DNA of 64,000 nt from Acutalibacteraceae bacterium (GTDB taxonomy: Bacteria > Bacillota > Clostridia > Oscillospirales > Acutalibacteraceae): NCBI GenBank assembly GCA_045580875.1, contig JAZNOP010000005.1, positions 1,945-65,944 of the forward strand, written 5' to 3'. Both the position numbers and the translations under genes were made by a program. Of the stretch, positions 1 through 9,550 are shown piece after piece (position 1 is the stretch's first letter; the number at the start of each line of letters is the position of its first letter). Below the pieces are notes generated by a model. It was not told the origin of the DNA. It worked only from the letters and a program-made list of their open reading frames with translations, and ran no database searches.

Positions 1-325
1 CGGGCGCAGGTGCAGGTGCAGGCTGAGCATCCGTTTCTTTTTCAGAGACTGCATTTTCGTTGTATTCCGGAGGTGAGAGTGTATCATCGACCACAGCAAG
101 AATACCGCAGGTCTGCCAATATGCGAGTGCATCTTCGATATCGCCGCAGCTCATACCGACGGCATTTGACAGAGTCTCCGTGTCAATTTTTTCTCCTCCA
201 TGTCTGAGAAGGTAGAGAATTACCTTGATGTGAGCAGCGTTTGCCAGCCGCAGATGTTTATCAACAAGCTCTGACGGAACGGCAAACACCGACTGCCAGC
301 AGCCAAGATTAAGAATATATGACAA
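1..325 (-). CDS. DnaD-domain / winged-helix replication-associated protein, N-terminal part only (gene runs off the left edge)
   Basis: Not in the ORF track because no stop lies in the window. Reverse strand has AAAGGAG (340-334), an 8-nt spacer and TTG at 325. The frame is then open to position 1: (M)SYILNLGCWQSVFAVPSELVDKHLRLANAAHIKVILYLLRHGGEKIDTETLSNAVGMSCGDIEDALAYWQTCGILAVVDD... It resembles N-termini of clostridial DnaD-domain proteins from memory; no search run. Confidence 0.4.
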   Translation of the reverse strand, partial: MSYILNLGCWQSVFAVPSELVDKHLRLANAAHIKVILYLLRHGGEKIDTETLSNAVGMSCGDIEDALAYWQTCGILAVVDDTLSPPEYNENAVSEKETDAQPAPAPAP

Positions 326-492
326 GCTTGTCGCTCCTTTCAGATGTTTTCGTGGGCTTATAGTATAACAGATTTGTGGGCTTTTTGGAAGTATGTTTAT
401 AAAAATGTAGAAATATAAAATATTGTATAGTACAATAGAAAAAACAACCAACCATCAGCTGTACCTTAATGTTATTTAAAGGGGAGAGGGCA

Positions 493-1008
493 ATGGATAA
501 CAGACGAGCCGACGAGCTTATCCGTATGGTCGGACAAGGTGATATGACGGCACTTGAAGAACTGTATAATTCGCTTTCACGCGGAGTGTATGCTCTTGTA
601 ATGACTATAGTGAAAAATACTTCAGCCGCAGAGGATATCATGCAGGATACCTTTGTCAGGGTGTATAATGCTGCGCCCGATTTCAAGGCAAATGGGGCAG
701 GCGTGGCGTGGATAATGCGTATAGCACGCAACCTTGCGCTTAATGCAGTTACTGCGAAAAAGATTCTGCCTGAGGATAGTCTGGCAGCCATGCCATCGTC
801 TGTAACTGCGGAGAATTCTGCAATCGACCGCGTGATGATAAACCGCGCACTGGATAAGCTGACAGAGCAGGAACGCGAGATTGTGACTCTCCATGCTGTA
901 GTTGGAATGACTTTGGGTGAAATTGCGAAGTTGACAGACCAGCCGCTTGGAACGGTCAAATGGCGGCATTCAGCTGCGCTGAAAAAACTGCGCAGTTATC
1001 TTGATTGA
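493..1008 (+). CDS. ECF-type sigma-70 family RNA polymerase sigma factor
   Basis: ORF track gives 469..1008. I prefer ATG 493, preceded by GGGGAGAGGG (481-490). Region 2 (DIMQDTFVRVY) and region 4 HTH (MTLGEIAKLTDQPLGTVKWRHSAALKKLR) are present. Confidence 0.85.
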   Translation: MDNRRADELIRMVGQGDMTALEELYNSLSRGVYALVMTIVKNTSAAEDIMQDTFVRVYNAAPDFKANGAGVAWIMRIARNLALNAVTAKKILPEDSLAAMPSSVTAENSAIDRVMINRALDKLTEQEREIVTLHAVVGMTLGEIAKLTDQPLGTVKWRHSAALKKLRSYLD

Positions 1009-1025
1009 ACGGAGGTGGATGAATA

Positions 1026-2354
1026 GTGAATGACAAGGAAATATTCAGATCAATAAATAAAGCTGTTCAGCCGCCTGCCGGAGTCTGCTTTGAAAACATC
1101 AAAGCAAGAATAGAAGCGCAGAGTGATGAAGAGCGCGAGTCGAGCCGAAAAGAAACGCTCCGTATGATGGAAAACCAGAGTAACGGATACAGCTTCAGGC
1201 GTATAGCATCGTTTGCGGCATCGATATCTGTTGTGCTTGGCCTTGGCGTTCTGCTTGTTGCAATGGGTATAGGCTCGGCGAACAGCGATATGGCAGCAAC
1301 AGAATCGATAATGGAAGACGCGGTTGTAAATGAGTATTACGAGGAAATCAACGACGGTGCTGATGTGCCTTGCTCTGATTTCGTTGCAGAAGAGTCAGCT
1401 CCTTCAGATAATACTGCCGCACTTCCGGAAACCATGGAGACGCAAAAAGAAAATGCAGCTACTGCAGACACAGTGAGTCAGAGTGATACAGAAAACAGGT
1501 ATACGACCCATTCAATTGCACTGCTTGGTCTGAATATTGATCTTCCGGCGGATGCTTATATCACAGACCGAAATGTGCCGAACGATTTTGAACTGCTGGA
1601 AATATATGATATAAGCGCTGCACAGCTTGAGGCAAATTACATGAAGCGCGATATCTACTACAATGCAGTGTGGTATGATGCTGATGCTGACGTTACTGAA
1701 ATAGTGGTCAGAATGATAAAGGATAAAGCATCGGCTGAGATATTTGATATGAACTGTGCATCAGAGGAGCAGCTTGCAGAGATTGAAAAGCTATACGGAA
1801 ATTATGAAATAAATATTGATGCAGTAGTAGGCGCGCATTATAACGATGTGACTCTCTGCGAGCACGAGCAGGCACTTTTCTTCCGGGCTGAAGGCATGGT
1901 GAAAAACCGAAGCGGAAGATCGAATCATCTGCAGTATATGACAATTATCAACGGCTGCAGAATAGAGATAACACTCATCGAGCACTTTGGTATAGAGAAC
2001 GAGCTTAGCGGTGATGAGCCTGAGAAAGTCTCTGAAAAACATGAAGAGACGATGGAACATATTATTGGCTCTGTCAGATGGGAAAAGGTCAGAAACGGAT
2101 TCTGGCACAATAACAGAGGAATCATCTTCTACGGGCTGATAGCTGCAGCAGGTCTGGTGGCAATAATTGCCGTGCTGCTTTTGCCGGAAAACCGAAAGAA
2201 GAAATCACCCGGTGAAGCTCAGAATAATACTGCTGAGACGCTGCCTGTGAATGAGGCTGAAACGGCAGATGAAGCAGAAACAGAATGTGTGCAGGAAGAT
2301 GTCGGAGACTCGTCTGATACAACAGATGAATCCGACGAAACTGAGTCTGAATAA
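1026..2354 (+). CDS. putative anti-sigma factor / two-TM membrane protein with acidic C-terminal tail
   Basis: GTG start 1026 with GGAGGTGG at 1011-1018, 17 nt after the sigma stop. TM helices are at about aa 60-85 and 367-390, with a ~280-aa domain between them. The tail is D/E/T-rich. The anti-sigma role is inferred from position only. Confidence 0.5.
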   Translation: MNDKEIFRSINKAVQPPAGVCFENIKARIEAQSDEERESSRKETLRMMENQSNGYSFRRIASFAASISVVLGLGVLLVAMGIGSANSDMAATESIMEDAVVNEYYEEINDGADVPCSDFVAEESAPSDNTAALPETMETQKENAATADTVSQSDTENRYTTHSIALLGLNIDLPADAYITDRNVPNDFELLEIYDISAAQLEANYMKRDIYYNAVWYDADADVTEIVVRMIKDKASAEIFDMNCASEEQLAEIEKLYGNYEINIDAVVGAHYNDVTLCEHEQALFFRAEGMVKNRSGRSNHLQYMTIINGCRIEITLIEHFGIENELSGDEPEKVSEKHEETMEHIIGSVRWEKVRNGFWHNNRGIIFYGLIAAAGLVAIIAVLLLPENRKKKSPGEAQNNTAETLPVNEAETADEAETECVQEDVGDSSDTTDESDETESE

Positions 2355-2362
2355 TATAGAGT

Positions 2363-2404
2363 AAAACCGCCCGGCAGAGCAGAGAGCTTTGTCGGGCGGT
2401 TTTG
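2363..2404. terminator. bidirectional intrinsic terminator between anti-sigma gene and addA
   Basis: AAAACCGCCCG (2363-2373) pairs with CGGGCGGTTTT (2393-2403). A-run and T-run flank it, and it lies between convergent genes. Confidence 0.8.
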
Positions 2405-2412
2405 GTATTGAA

Positions 2413-5400
2413 TTAATCGATATCAAGCGGAATAAGTTGTGACAGGGTAAAAGAGTAAATACAGCAGCGTACATCATTTCTGCCGGTTATCTGTCTGACG
2501 GCAGAAGCGTAAAGCTGAAGCTGCGGAAGATAGTTATCAATAAGTGTCTGCGCGTTATTTACGCGGTCGGTCTTGTAGTCGACAATCACGATGCCGTCAT
2601 CTGTGTAGAGGAGAAGGTCACATTCACCCTCAAGCACAACCGACTCGCCTGCAGCATCGGCATCGGTAAAGAAATGCAGAAACTGCGGCTCAAGCATGGC
2701 AGTGAAACGCCACTCCCGCTCGATGGCAGACGTCTTGCTCAGCAGCTGTGCCATGTCACCGCTGAAGAATCTGCGGACTTTACTGATATCAACAGCAGAT
2801 GCCTCACGCGGGGATAAATGACCTGCAGCAACAAGCCTTGCAGTCTCATCATCGGGCGATTGTGCGGCAAGTGTGAAATCACAGAATTGCATGAATTTGT
2901 GCAATGCAGTGCCACGCTCGGTAGGAGACAGACCGTTATCCTGCATAAACGAAGGACGTGTGGAAGCTACATGGGAAATGCCCCGTGCGTGGGTTCCGGA
3001 AGCGGTTACCTTTGATGGAACGTCATGCAGCTGAGCATGCGGATAAACATATTCTGTGCGCTCGCGTATTGATTTTGCAATTTTCGGATCAGAAGTAAAC
3101 TGCGTTCTTTCCTCTGAAGCAGCAGCTTCAATGGGAAGCAGCATAATATCATCTCCCGACACGATACGGATATCGAGCGGCACATCAGCGTTGATAATAT
3201 CAATTCTGTCAGCATCGGCAATTTCACGCAGCTCACTGCCTGAAGGATGGCGCAGAGCTCCGGCAATAAGCCACTTTCCGCAGGAAGGGGAGAGCCCCAT
3301 TGCGAACGGATCTATTCTGTCATTGAATATGAGCTCTGCTGCGGACCTGATCTGTGATTCAGCAGAAGAATTGGTTGCGCTTGTTGCGAGCATTATCAGC
3401 TTGTCGACAGCTCTTGTCAGTGCTACATACAGAACACGCAGCTCTTCATCAGTATCATCTGACAGACCGGCGAGTTTGATTGCGTGACGTTGAAGCGATG
3501 GATATCTTATCCTGCGTTCGCGGTCAAATACGTTTAATCCAAGGCCCAGGTCGTTGTGAAATACTGCACTGTCGCCGCCTGAAGAATGAGTCGCAGAGCT
3601 TGCGAGACCGGCAACTATGCATATTGGAAATTCAAGACCTTTGGCTTTGTGCATGGTTCGTATGGTGACACAGTTGTCAGAGGCTATGGAAGCGCGTGAC
3701 TGATCCTCGCCCTGTTCAATCAGACGGTCAACCATGTTGATAAAGCGGGAAAGACCTTTGAATCCGGAATCCTCAAAGGAGCGTGCATATTCAAGAAGCA
3801 TAAGCAGATTAGCTTTCTGAGAAGCCCCGTTTTCGGCTGCCTGAACAGCGGCAAGATAGCCTGTGGAGCGGTATATTGATGATATAAGCCGGTCGCTGGT
3901 CATTGCAGCAGCTTTATCGCGCAGCTGTGTTATTGTCTGGATGGCGCCGATGCAGTCAGGCTGTCCGGAATTTGCAGCAGCAAGAAGATCAGCATAAAGT
4001 GAGCCTTTGCTGCCTGCAGCGCGCAGATCTGCAATGCGGTCGCAGTCGAAACCGAATATAGGTGAGCACAGAGCAGCCATGAGCGGTATATCAAGAAGCG
4101 GATTGTCTACTGCACGAAGAAGCGACATTATAACGCATATCTCCGGCGCTGAGAAAAATCCGGAATCAGCTGCGATGGCAACAGGGATACCCAGAGCGGA
4201 AAGCTGACTTACAAATGCATCTCCGTGCCCGCCTTTGATGCTTCTGCGCATTATGCAGAAATCTCCGTATTCAGCAGGACGCATAGCCTTGCCGTCAGTG
4301 ACCATAAAGCCTTCGGAGACCATTTTGGTTATCATTCTCGCACAGTAACGAGCCTCTACTATATCCCGTGAGTCATCGTCAGCGAGTTTTACACCGGACA
4401 GAATGTGAAGTTCTGTCTGCATTCCGTCAGCCTCGGGGAAAGTGCGCCCGGGGAAGAGCCGCTGTTCATCACTGTCGTATTGAACACCGCCGCGTTCCGG
4501 TGTCATTATCTGAGAAAAGAAGAAATTGATTGCCTCGGTAACTTCCGGTCGGCTTCTGAAATTTTTTCCGAGAGTTATTTTGACAGGGAACTGTACATTA
4601 TCCGGGGTATACGGCGCGTAACGGTTAAGTCGGTCAAGGAAAAGCTTTGGTACAGCTTTTCTGAAGCTATAGATACTCTGCTTTATATCACCGACCATGA
4701 ACATATTCGTTCCGTCACCGATGATACGGCCGTCTTCCCTTGAAATTGCACGGAAAATTAGATCCTGAGTGTAGTTTGTGTCCTGATATTCATCGAGAAG
4801 TATCTCATCATAACGGCGTGAAAGCTCACAGGCAATATCGGTACGCTCATATCCTTCTGCGGTCTCGCGGAAAAGAAGCTTTGCAGTCATATGTTCGAGA
4901 TCATCAAATTCCAGTATGCGCTTCTCACTCTTTCGCGCAGATACACCCTGTCTGTAAGAATAAGTCAGTTCGCACAGCTTTTTTACAGCAGATGCGAGGA
5001 CGGAGGTTTCAGCATGGTATTCATCCGGACTCAAATCCAGAAAAGAACGCATTGCACCAACCGCTTCCTTGACAGTTTTCCGAGTATCCATCGCCTCGGC
5101 TTTTCCGGGAGGATCACCTGAAATGCGCGGTGCAGATGCAAATGATATGGAAGCCAGAGCCTGTTGAGCGGCGATCCAGCCGTTGTTGAACCGACTCCTT
5201 GCTTCGGCAATCTGAGCTGATTCCGATTCAAGTAAGGGGCCATATTTTTCGTCAACGTCAGGTGAAAAGCTTATTTTTATCAGTGTGCGGCTGATGAGCC
5301 GAAGAAGATAATCCAGATATTCACCGCAGTAGTTGAGAATATACTGACACCATACAGAATGTTCAGTGTCACAGCCTTCATTATACATTGCTGCGATTTC

Positions 5401-5982
5401 GCTGAGTTTTTCATCAGGGTCGGGGAATGCGGAGACAAAAGCATCGGTGCGAAGAATGAGCTTTTCCAGGGCACTGCTGTTGTTTTTCTGAGGAAGCAGA
5501 CCTATAAGAGCAGAAAAACTTTCGTCAATATTTCCGTAGTTTTCTTCTGTAATAGAATTGAGTACTTCGTTCTGAATTACCTTTATCTCTGATTCTTCTG
5601 CAACACGAAAATCAGGAGCAATGCCTGCAGACGCAAAAAATTCACGGAGACAGGAGGAACAGAATGAATGTATTGTGCCGATCGTTGCCTTTTTCAGCAG
5701 CAGCTTCTGTCTGCGAAGATGCAGGTTCTGAGGTTCCTGTTCAAGCCGCTCAGATAAAGCCCTGTTAAGGCGTTCGCGCATTTCGGCGGCGGCATCTCTC
5801 ATGAACGTGACAATAAGAAGACGGTCGGCTGAAACCGGATTCTGAGTATCGGTCAGAAGACCGATTACACGTTCGACAAGGACAGTAGTCTTGCCGGAGC
5901 CGGCAGCAGCAGATACAAGTACAGTGCCTCCGCGGGTTTCAGCAGCCCAGAGCTGTTCGGTGGTAAAACGTTCCTTACCCAT
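2413..5982 (-). CDS. addA: ATP-dependent helicase/nuclease subunit A (AddA/RexA)
   Basis: 1189 aa. UvrD-type Walker A (AAAGSGKTTVLVERV), DEYQDTN motif, C-terminal PD-(D/E)xK-type nuclease (VIVDYKTD). Its start overlaps the addB stop by 8 nt. Confidence 0.92.
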   Translation of the reverse strand: MGKERFTTEQLWAAETRGGTVLVSAAAGSGKTTVLVERVIGLLTDTQNPVSADRLLIVTFMRDAAAEMRERLNRALSERLEQEPQNLHLRRQKLLLKKATIGTIHSFCSSCLREFFASAGIAPDFRVAEESEIKVIQNEVLNSITEENYGNIDESFSALIGLLPQKNNSSALEKLILRTDAFVSAFPDPDEKLSEIAAMYNEGCDTEHSVWCQYILNYCGEYLDYLLRLISRTLIKISFSPDVDEKYGPLLESESAQIAEARSRFNNGWIAAQQALASISFASAPRISGDPPGKAEAMDTRKTVKEAVGAMRSFLDLSPDEYHAETSVLASAVKKLCELTYSYRQGVSARKSEKRILEFDDLEHMTAKLLFRETAEGYERTDIACELSRRYDEILLDEYQDTNYTQDLIFRAISREDGRIIGDGTNMFMVGDIKQSIYSFRKAVPKLFLDRLNRYAPYTPDNVQFPVKITLGKNFRSRPEVTEAINFFFSQIMTPERGGVQYDSDEQRLFPGRTFPEADGMQTELHILSGVKLADDDSRDIVEARYCARMITKMVSEGFMVTDGKAMRPAEYGDFCIMRRSIKGGHGDAFVSQLSALGIPVAIAADSGFFSAPEICVIMSLLRAVDNPLLDIPLMAALCSPIFGFDCDRIADLRAAGSKGSLYADLLAAANSGQPDCIGAIQTITQLRDKAAAMTSDRLISSIYRSTGYLAAVQAAENGASQKANLLMLLEYARSFEDSGFKGLSRFINMVDRLIEQGEDQSRASIASDNCVTIRTMHKAKGLEFPICIVAGLASSATHSSGGDSAVFHNDLGLGLNVFDRERRIRYPSLQRHAIKLAGLSDDTDEELRVLYVALTRAVDKLIMLATSATNSSAESQIRSAAELIFNDRIDPFAMGLSPSCGKWLIAGALRHPSGSELREIADADRIDIINADVPLDIRIVSGDDIMLLPIEAAASEERTQFTSDPKIAKSIRERTEYVYPHAQLHDVPSKVTASGTHARGISHVASTRPSFMQDNGLSPTERGTALHKFMQFCDFTLAAQSPDDETARLVAAGHLSPREASAVDISKVRRFFSGDMAQLLSKTSAIEREWRFTAMLEPQFLHFFTDADAAGESVVLEGECDLLLYTDDGIVIVDYKTDRVNNAQTLIDNYLPQLQLYASAVRQITGRNDVRCCIYSFTLSQLIPLDID

Positions 5983-8900
5983 TGTCTGTCGGATCCTCCT
6001 TCATCAGTCTTGCCATTTCCATCAGGGCAGCATCATTTGCGCCCTTGTATTTAGGGCGAAGCTCTCCCTCGTAACGGCATACAGGATAATAATCGCAGCC
6101 CGAACAGGGAGAATAGGTGTCGTTTACAGGATCAGGTGAGATGTGTCCGTCGGCGAGCTCTCCGCACATCTGTGCAAGCTTCCAGCGGACAAAACGCCCG
6201 ACTATTTCATATCCGGTTGGTGTTATCAGATAATTAAGGCTGCTTTTGCTCAGTGTACCTTTTTGCGTGAAAGTGACCGGAATATATTTTCCGCCGAGTC
6301 CATTCTCCATTGCGTTGCAGATAAAAGCATCGTCACTGCCGTCGATAATCAAACCCTTGCGGCGGAGAGCGGAGTCTATATCGCCTTTTATTTTGAATTC
6401 TTCAGCATGACGATCCTCTGACGGTGCATCGGTGTAAGCAGGACAATACAGGATTCCGGCAGGCACAGTATTTGTGAATCTGCCGTTATCCGGGCGGCAT
6501 ATCTCGCCGAGATATATCAGCATCTGCATATTAAGACCCTCTATAACGTCACTTAGCAGGAATGATTTTGAATTGGTCTTATAGTCGATAACGCGCAGAT
6601 AGGTGTGACCGTTGTGCTCCCAGCAGTCAACGCGGTCTATTTTGCCGATTATACTGGCTGTGCGACCGTCGGAAAGCGGAATTGAGGACGGTTTCACCTC
6701 ACCGTCATTTGAAATTTCAAGCTCATGAGAAACCGGCTGGAAATCACTTCCTGACAGTTCGTTTGCCATGTTGAGTATAAGTGCGGTAAGGCTGAACCGC
6801 ATCTGCTGAAGCTGATACAGGAAAGTGCGGCTCTTGTTTTCGATGCCGCCCATTTCTTTCTCAAGGTATTCATTGAGCAATTCATCGACACGTTCGCTGA
6901 TGCTGTCGGGATTGTCAAGCAATGAGGAGAAAGATTCGCCGCCAAGAGAAGTGAAGATATGCTCAAGTACATAATGAACTACCGTACCGAACTGCAGGCT
7001 GTCAAGAGCTGCACGGCGGCGGGGTTTAATATATAGTCCGTAACGGCAGAAAAAGTTGAACCGGCATTTATGGAAGGCTTCAGCCTGAGAGGAAGAGATT
7101 CGCATACGCCCGCCGAAAAGCCGCTGAGCAGATTCTTTGCTTGCCAGGCGCGGGAGATTACGGCAGGCAGCACTTTTTACTGATTCAAGCTTTGCGGAAA
7201 GCGTGTCGTTTTCTGAAAGAACGTCGGCTAACGTCGCGGATTCAATGCTGCTGTTCCAGTAACGCGCAGCAAGCTCAAATGCTGCAGCAGGTGCTTCGAT
7301 GTCACTGACGGATAATGAATGTGATTCTGTGAGCTGACGGGCATTCGGAACACACTTGAGCACTTCGGCAATGCATTCAGACGCAAAGGTGCGCTCGCTG
7401 CCGCTTTCACATCCTTTGGGATAACATATATAAAGTCGTTCAGAGGCGGCGGAGAGTGCATTATAAGCCATAAGACGTTCATCAAGCAGATCATACTCAA
7501 AGGTTTCTGAAACATGAAGATCAAGTTCTTCAAGAAGTCGACGGCGCTCGTCATCAGTGAAAACGCCGGTCGATGACGGAGTTGCAGGGAATTCACCCTC
7601 GACAGCGCCAACTATGAATACTGCTTTGGGTGCGGTTACGCGTATGCGGTCTGCGCCACCGAAAGTGACGTCATCAAGTCCGTGAGGAATATGACCGATA
7701 TCGCACCGGTTTATCATCAGAGAAATATATGTCGAGAAGCTGTCGCGGGGAATCGCATTTTGTCCGAATATTGATGCAATCTGATCGAGTATTGACATCA
7801 ATGCGTCCCATAGCTGTGCCTGTTCCTCGGCATACACAGTGTCAAGTCTTGAGCATAACTGCCCGAGCATTTCCGGTACACCTGCATCGGTAAGCAGTTC
7901 ATAAACAGCTGCTGCCATGGAGAGACCGGTGCCTTTTGTGAGTTTTTCGGAAAAAGAGGTAAGAAGAGAAATGGCTCGTGTGCGCACACTGTTTATCCGG
8001 TCAAGCTTCTGCTGATCAGATTCCTTTATCTGGAAGCCAAATCCTTCAGGACTTTGTCTGAATTCATCATGCCATTCGCGTCCCTTTACATTCCAGACAA
8101 AGCAATAGTTCTCGAGTTCGGCAACTGATGAAGTATCTATGCCCTCGATAAGTCCGGTCTTCAGCCAGCGAAGAATATCATCGCACTGCCAGCCGCGGTA
8201 GACGATTTCAAGCGCGGTGAGTACGAACTGCATGAGTGAGCATGCCGCAGCATCACTCCTGCGGTCAAGGAAGCAGGGGATACCCTGCAGTGTGAGTGCG
8301 TCGTGAGCCAGATCACTGTATGTTCCTTCGTCACGTGCAATTATAGCGATATCTCTGCAGCGATATCCTTCTTCACGAAGCAGTCTGCGGCATTCTCTTG
8401 CGCAGAATTCCATTTCGCTGTAGCGGCTGTCGGCGGCATAAATTGTGATGTCATCGGTTGCCTCTGTGTATGGTGAAGGACGGTCAGTGTAACGGTATAT
8501 TCCGCTTTCAGCTGAAGCGAGCGCAGGTGAGAGAAAACGGTGACGCTTGCTCAGAATGACAGACGGCGCAGCCGGAATGTTATGCTTTGCAGCAGTTGCC
8601 CGAAGTGATTCGGCAGTTTTAAGCGAGGTTGTGAAAAGTCCGTCAAGAGTACCATCGCCGGTGTTCTCTGCGCATATGGTAATTACACATTTCTCCGACT
8701 GCTGCATTATGCGCGAAATCACCTGCATCTCCTGTCCGGTGAAACTTCGGAAAGAGTCAATTATAACTACAGAACCCTCAAAAAAACGGTGCTCACCAAG
8801 CTGCTCCCACAATCTGGTAAGGTCGTCCATCGGGTCAAGTGCAGTCTGAGCAACAATCGCCTCGTAAGCTCCAAAAATAAGAGCAAGCTCAGTGAGCTTG

Positions 8901-9346
8901 CGGCGGAGCGTTCCACTTGCGTGCGGTGCTGCCTCAGCAAGCATGGCTGGTGTGATCGCGCAGAGCTTGAATTCTTTTACAGCATCAAGAAGATGCTCGA
9001 TGAAATTTGATGACGGCTGCTTGCCGCTGTAATATTCAAGCTGGCTGTTCAGAGAGGTAAGTGCAAGACCCATAGCTGCAACACGACCGCAGTCATCAAG
9101 TCTGCGTCCGGAAGCGGAGTTCCCGAGTCTGGATACCTTCTCAGCAAGTCGGGTAAAGCTGTATATTTCAACCTTCTGCGCATTGCGTGCGCCAAGCATT
9201 GAAAGCATGGCACGTTCTGTTTCAAAGGAGAATTGTTCAGGTACAATGAGAACAGGTCTGCCGCCGGATTCGACAGTTTCACGGGCAAGTGTACGTGCGT
9301 ATTCGGTCTTTCCGCAGCCGGCACCGCCGTATACTAACTGGAGCAT
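5975..9346 (-). CDS. addB: ATP-dependent helicase/deoxyribonuclease subunit B (AddB/RexB)
   Basis: 1123 aa. Walker A GGAGCGKTE, C-terminal nuclease (RVIDYKT) and Cys cluster (CSGCDYYPVC) typical of the AddB Fe-S domain. Translationally coupled to addA. Confidence 0.9.
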   Translation of the reverse strand: MLQLVYGGAGCGKTEYARTLARETVESGGRPVLIVPEQFSFETERAMLSMLGARNAQKVEIYSFTRLAEKVSRLGNSASGRRLDDCGRVAAMGLALTSLNSQLEYYSGKQPSSNFIEHLLDAVKEFKLCAITPAMLAEAAPHASGTLRRKLTELALIFGAYEAIVAQTALDPMDDLTRLWEQLGEHRFFEGSVVIIDSFRSFTGQEMQVISRIMQQSEKCVITICAENTGDGTLDGLFTTSLKTAESLRATAAKHNIPAAPSVILSKRHRFLSPALASAESGIYRYTDRPSPYTEATDDITIYAADSRYSEMEFCARECRRLLREEGYRCRDIAIIARDEGTYSDLAHDALTLQGIPCFLDRRSDAAACSLMQFVLTALEIVYRGWQCDDILRWLKTGLIEGIDTSSVAELENYCFVWNVKGREWHDEFRQSPEGFGFQIKESDQQKLDRINSVRTRAISLLTSFSEKLTKGTGLSMAAAVYELLTDAGVPEMLGQLCSRLDTVYAEEQAQLWDALMSILDQIASIFGQNAIPRDSFSTYISLMINRCDIGHIPHGLDDVTFGGADRIRVTAPKAVFIVGAVEGEFPATPSSTGVFTDDERRRLLEELDLHVSETFEYDLLDERLMAYNALSAASERLYICYPKGCESGSERTFASECIAEVLKCVPNARQLTESHSLSVSDIEAPAAAFELAARYWNSSIESATLADVLSENDTLSAKLESVKSAACRNLPRLASKESAQRLFGGRMRISSSQAEAFHKCRFNFFCRYGLYIKPRRRAALDSLQFGTVVHYVLEHIFTSLGGESFSSLLDNPDSISERVDELLNEYLEKEMGGIENKSRTFLYQLQQMRFSLTALILNMANELSGSDFQPVSHELEISNDGEVKPSSIPLSDGRTASIIGKIDRVDCWEHNGHTYLRVIDYKTNSKSFLLSDVIEGLNMQMLIYLGEICRPDNGRFTNTVPAGILYCPAYTDAPSEDRHAEEFKIKGDIDSALRRKGLIIDGSDDAFICNAMENGLGGKYIPVTFTQKGTLSKSSLNYLITPTGYEIVGRFVRWKLAQMCGELADGHISPDPVNDTYSPCSGCDYYPVCRYEGELRPKYKGANDAALMEMARLMKEDPTDNG

Positions 9347-9550
9347 TAAATCACCTCATGGACAGTAATTTTTCAGATAAATGTATTTTACACCAAATGA
9401 TAAAAGAAGTAAACTTTCGCAAAACAATTAGTTTGCATGAATAAAAGATACAGAATATAAAGCGTGTGAATGTTGCAAATATGCATATATATATGTTATA
9501 ATTATTTCTAATTACTATAATGGAAATTATAATGAGGAGAGTGAGTCTGA

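Noticed and set aside
309-969. 216-aa and 115-aa minus-strand ORFs overlapping the sigma-factor gene
   Set aside because: They are antisense shadows of a gene with clear sigma-70 region 2/4 motifs. They have no SD and an odd S/A/I-rich composition.
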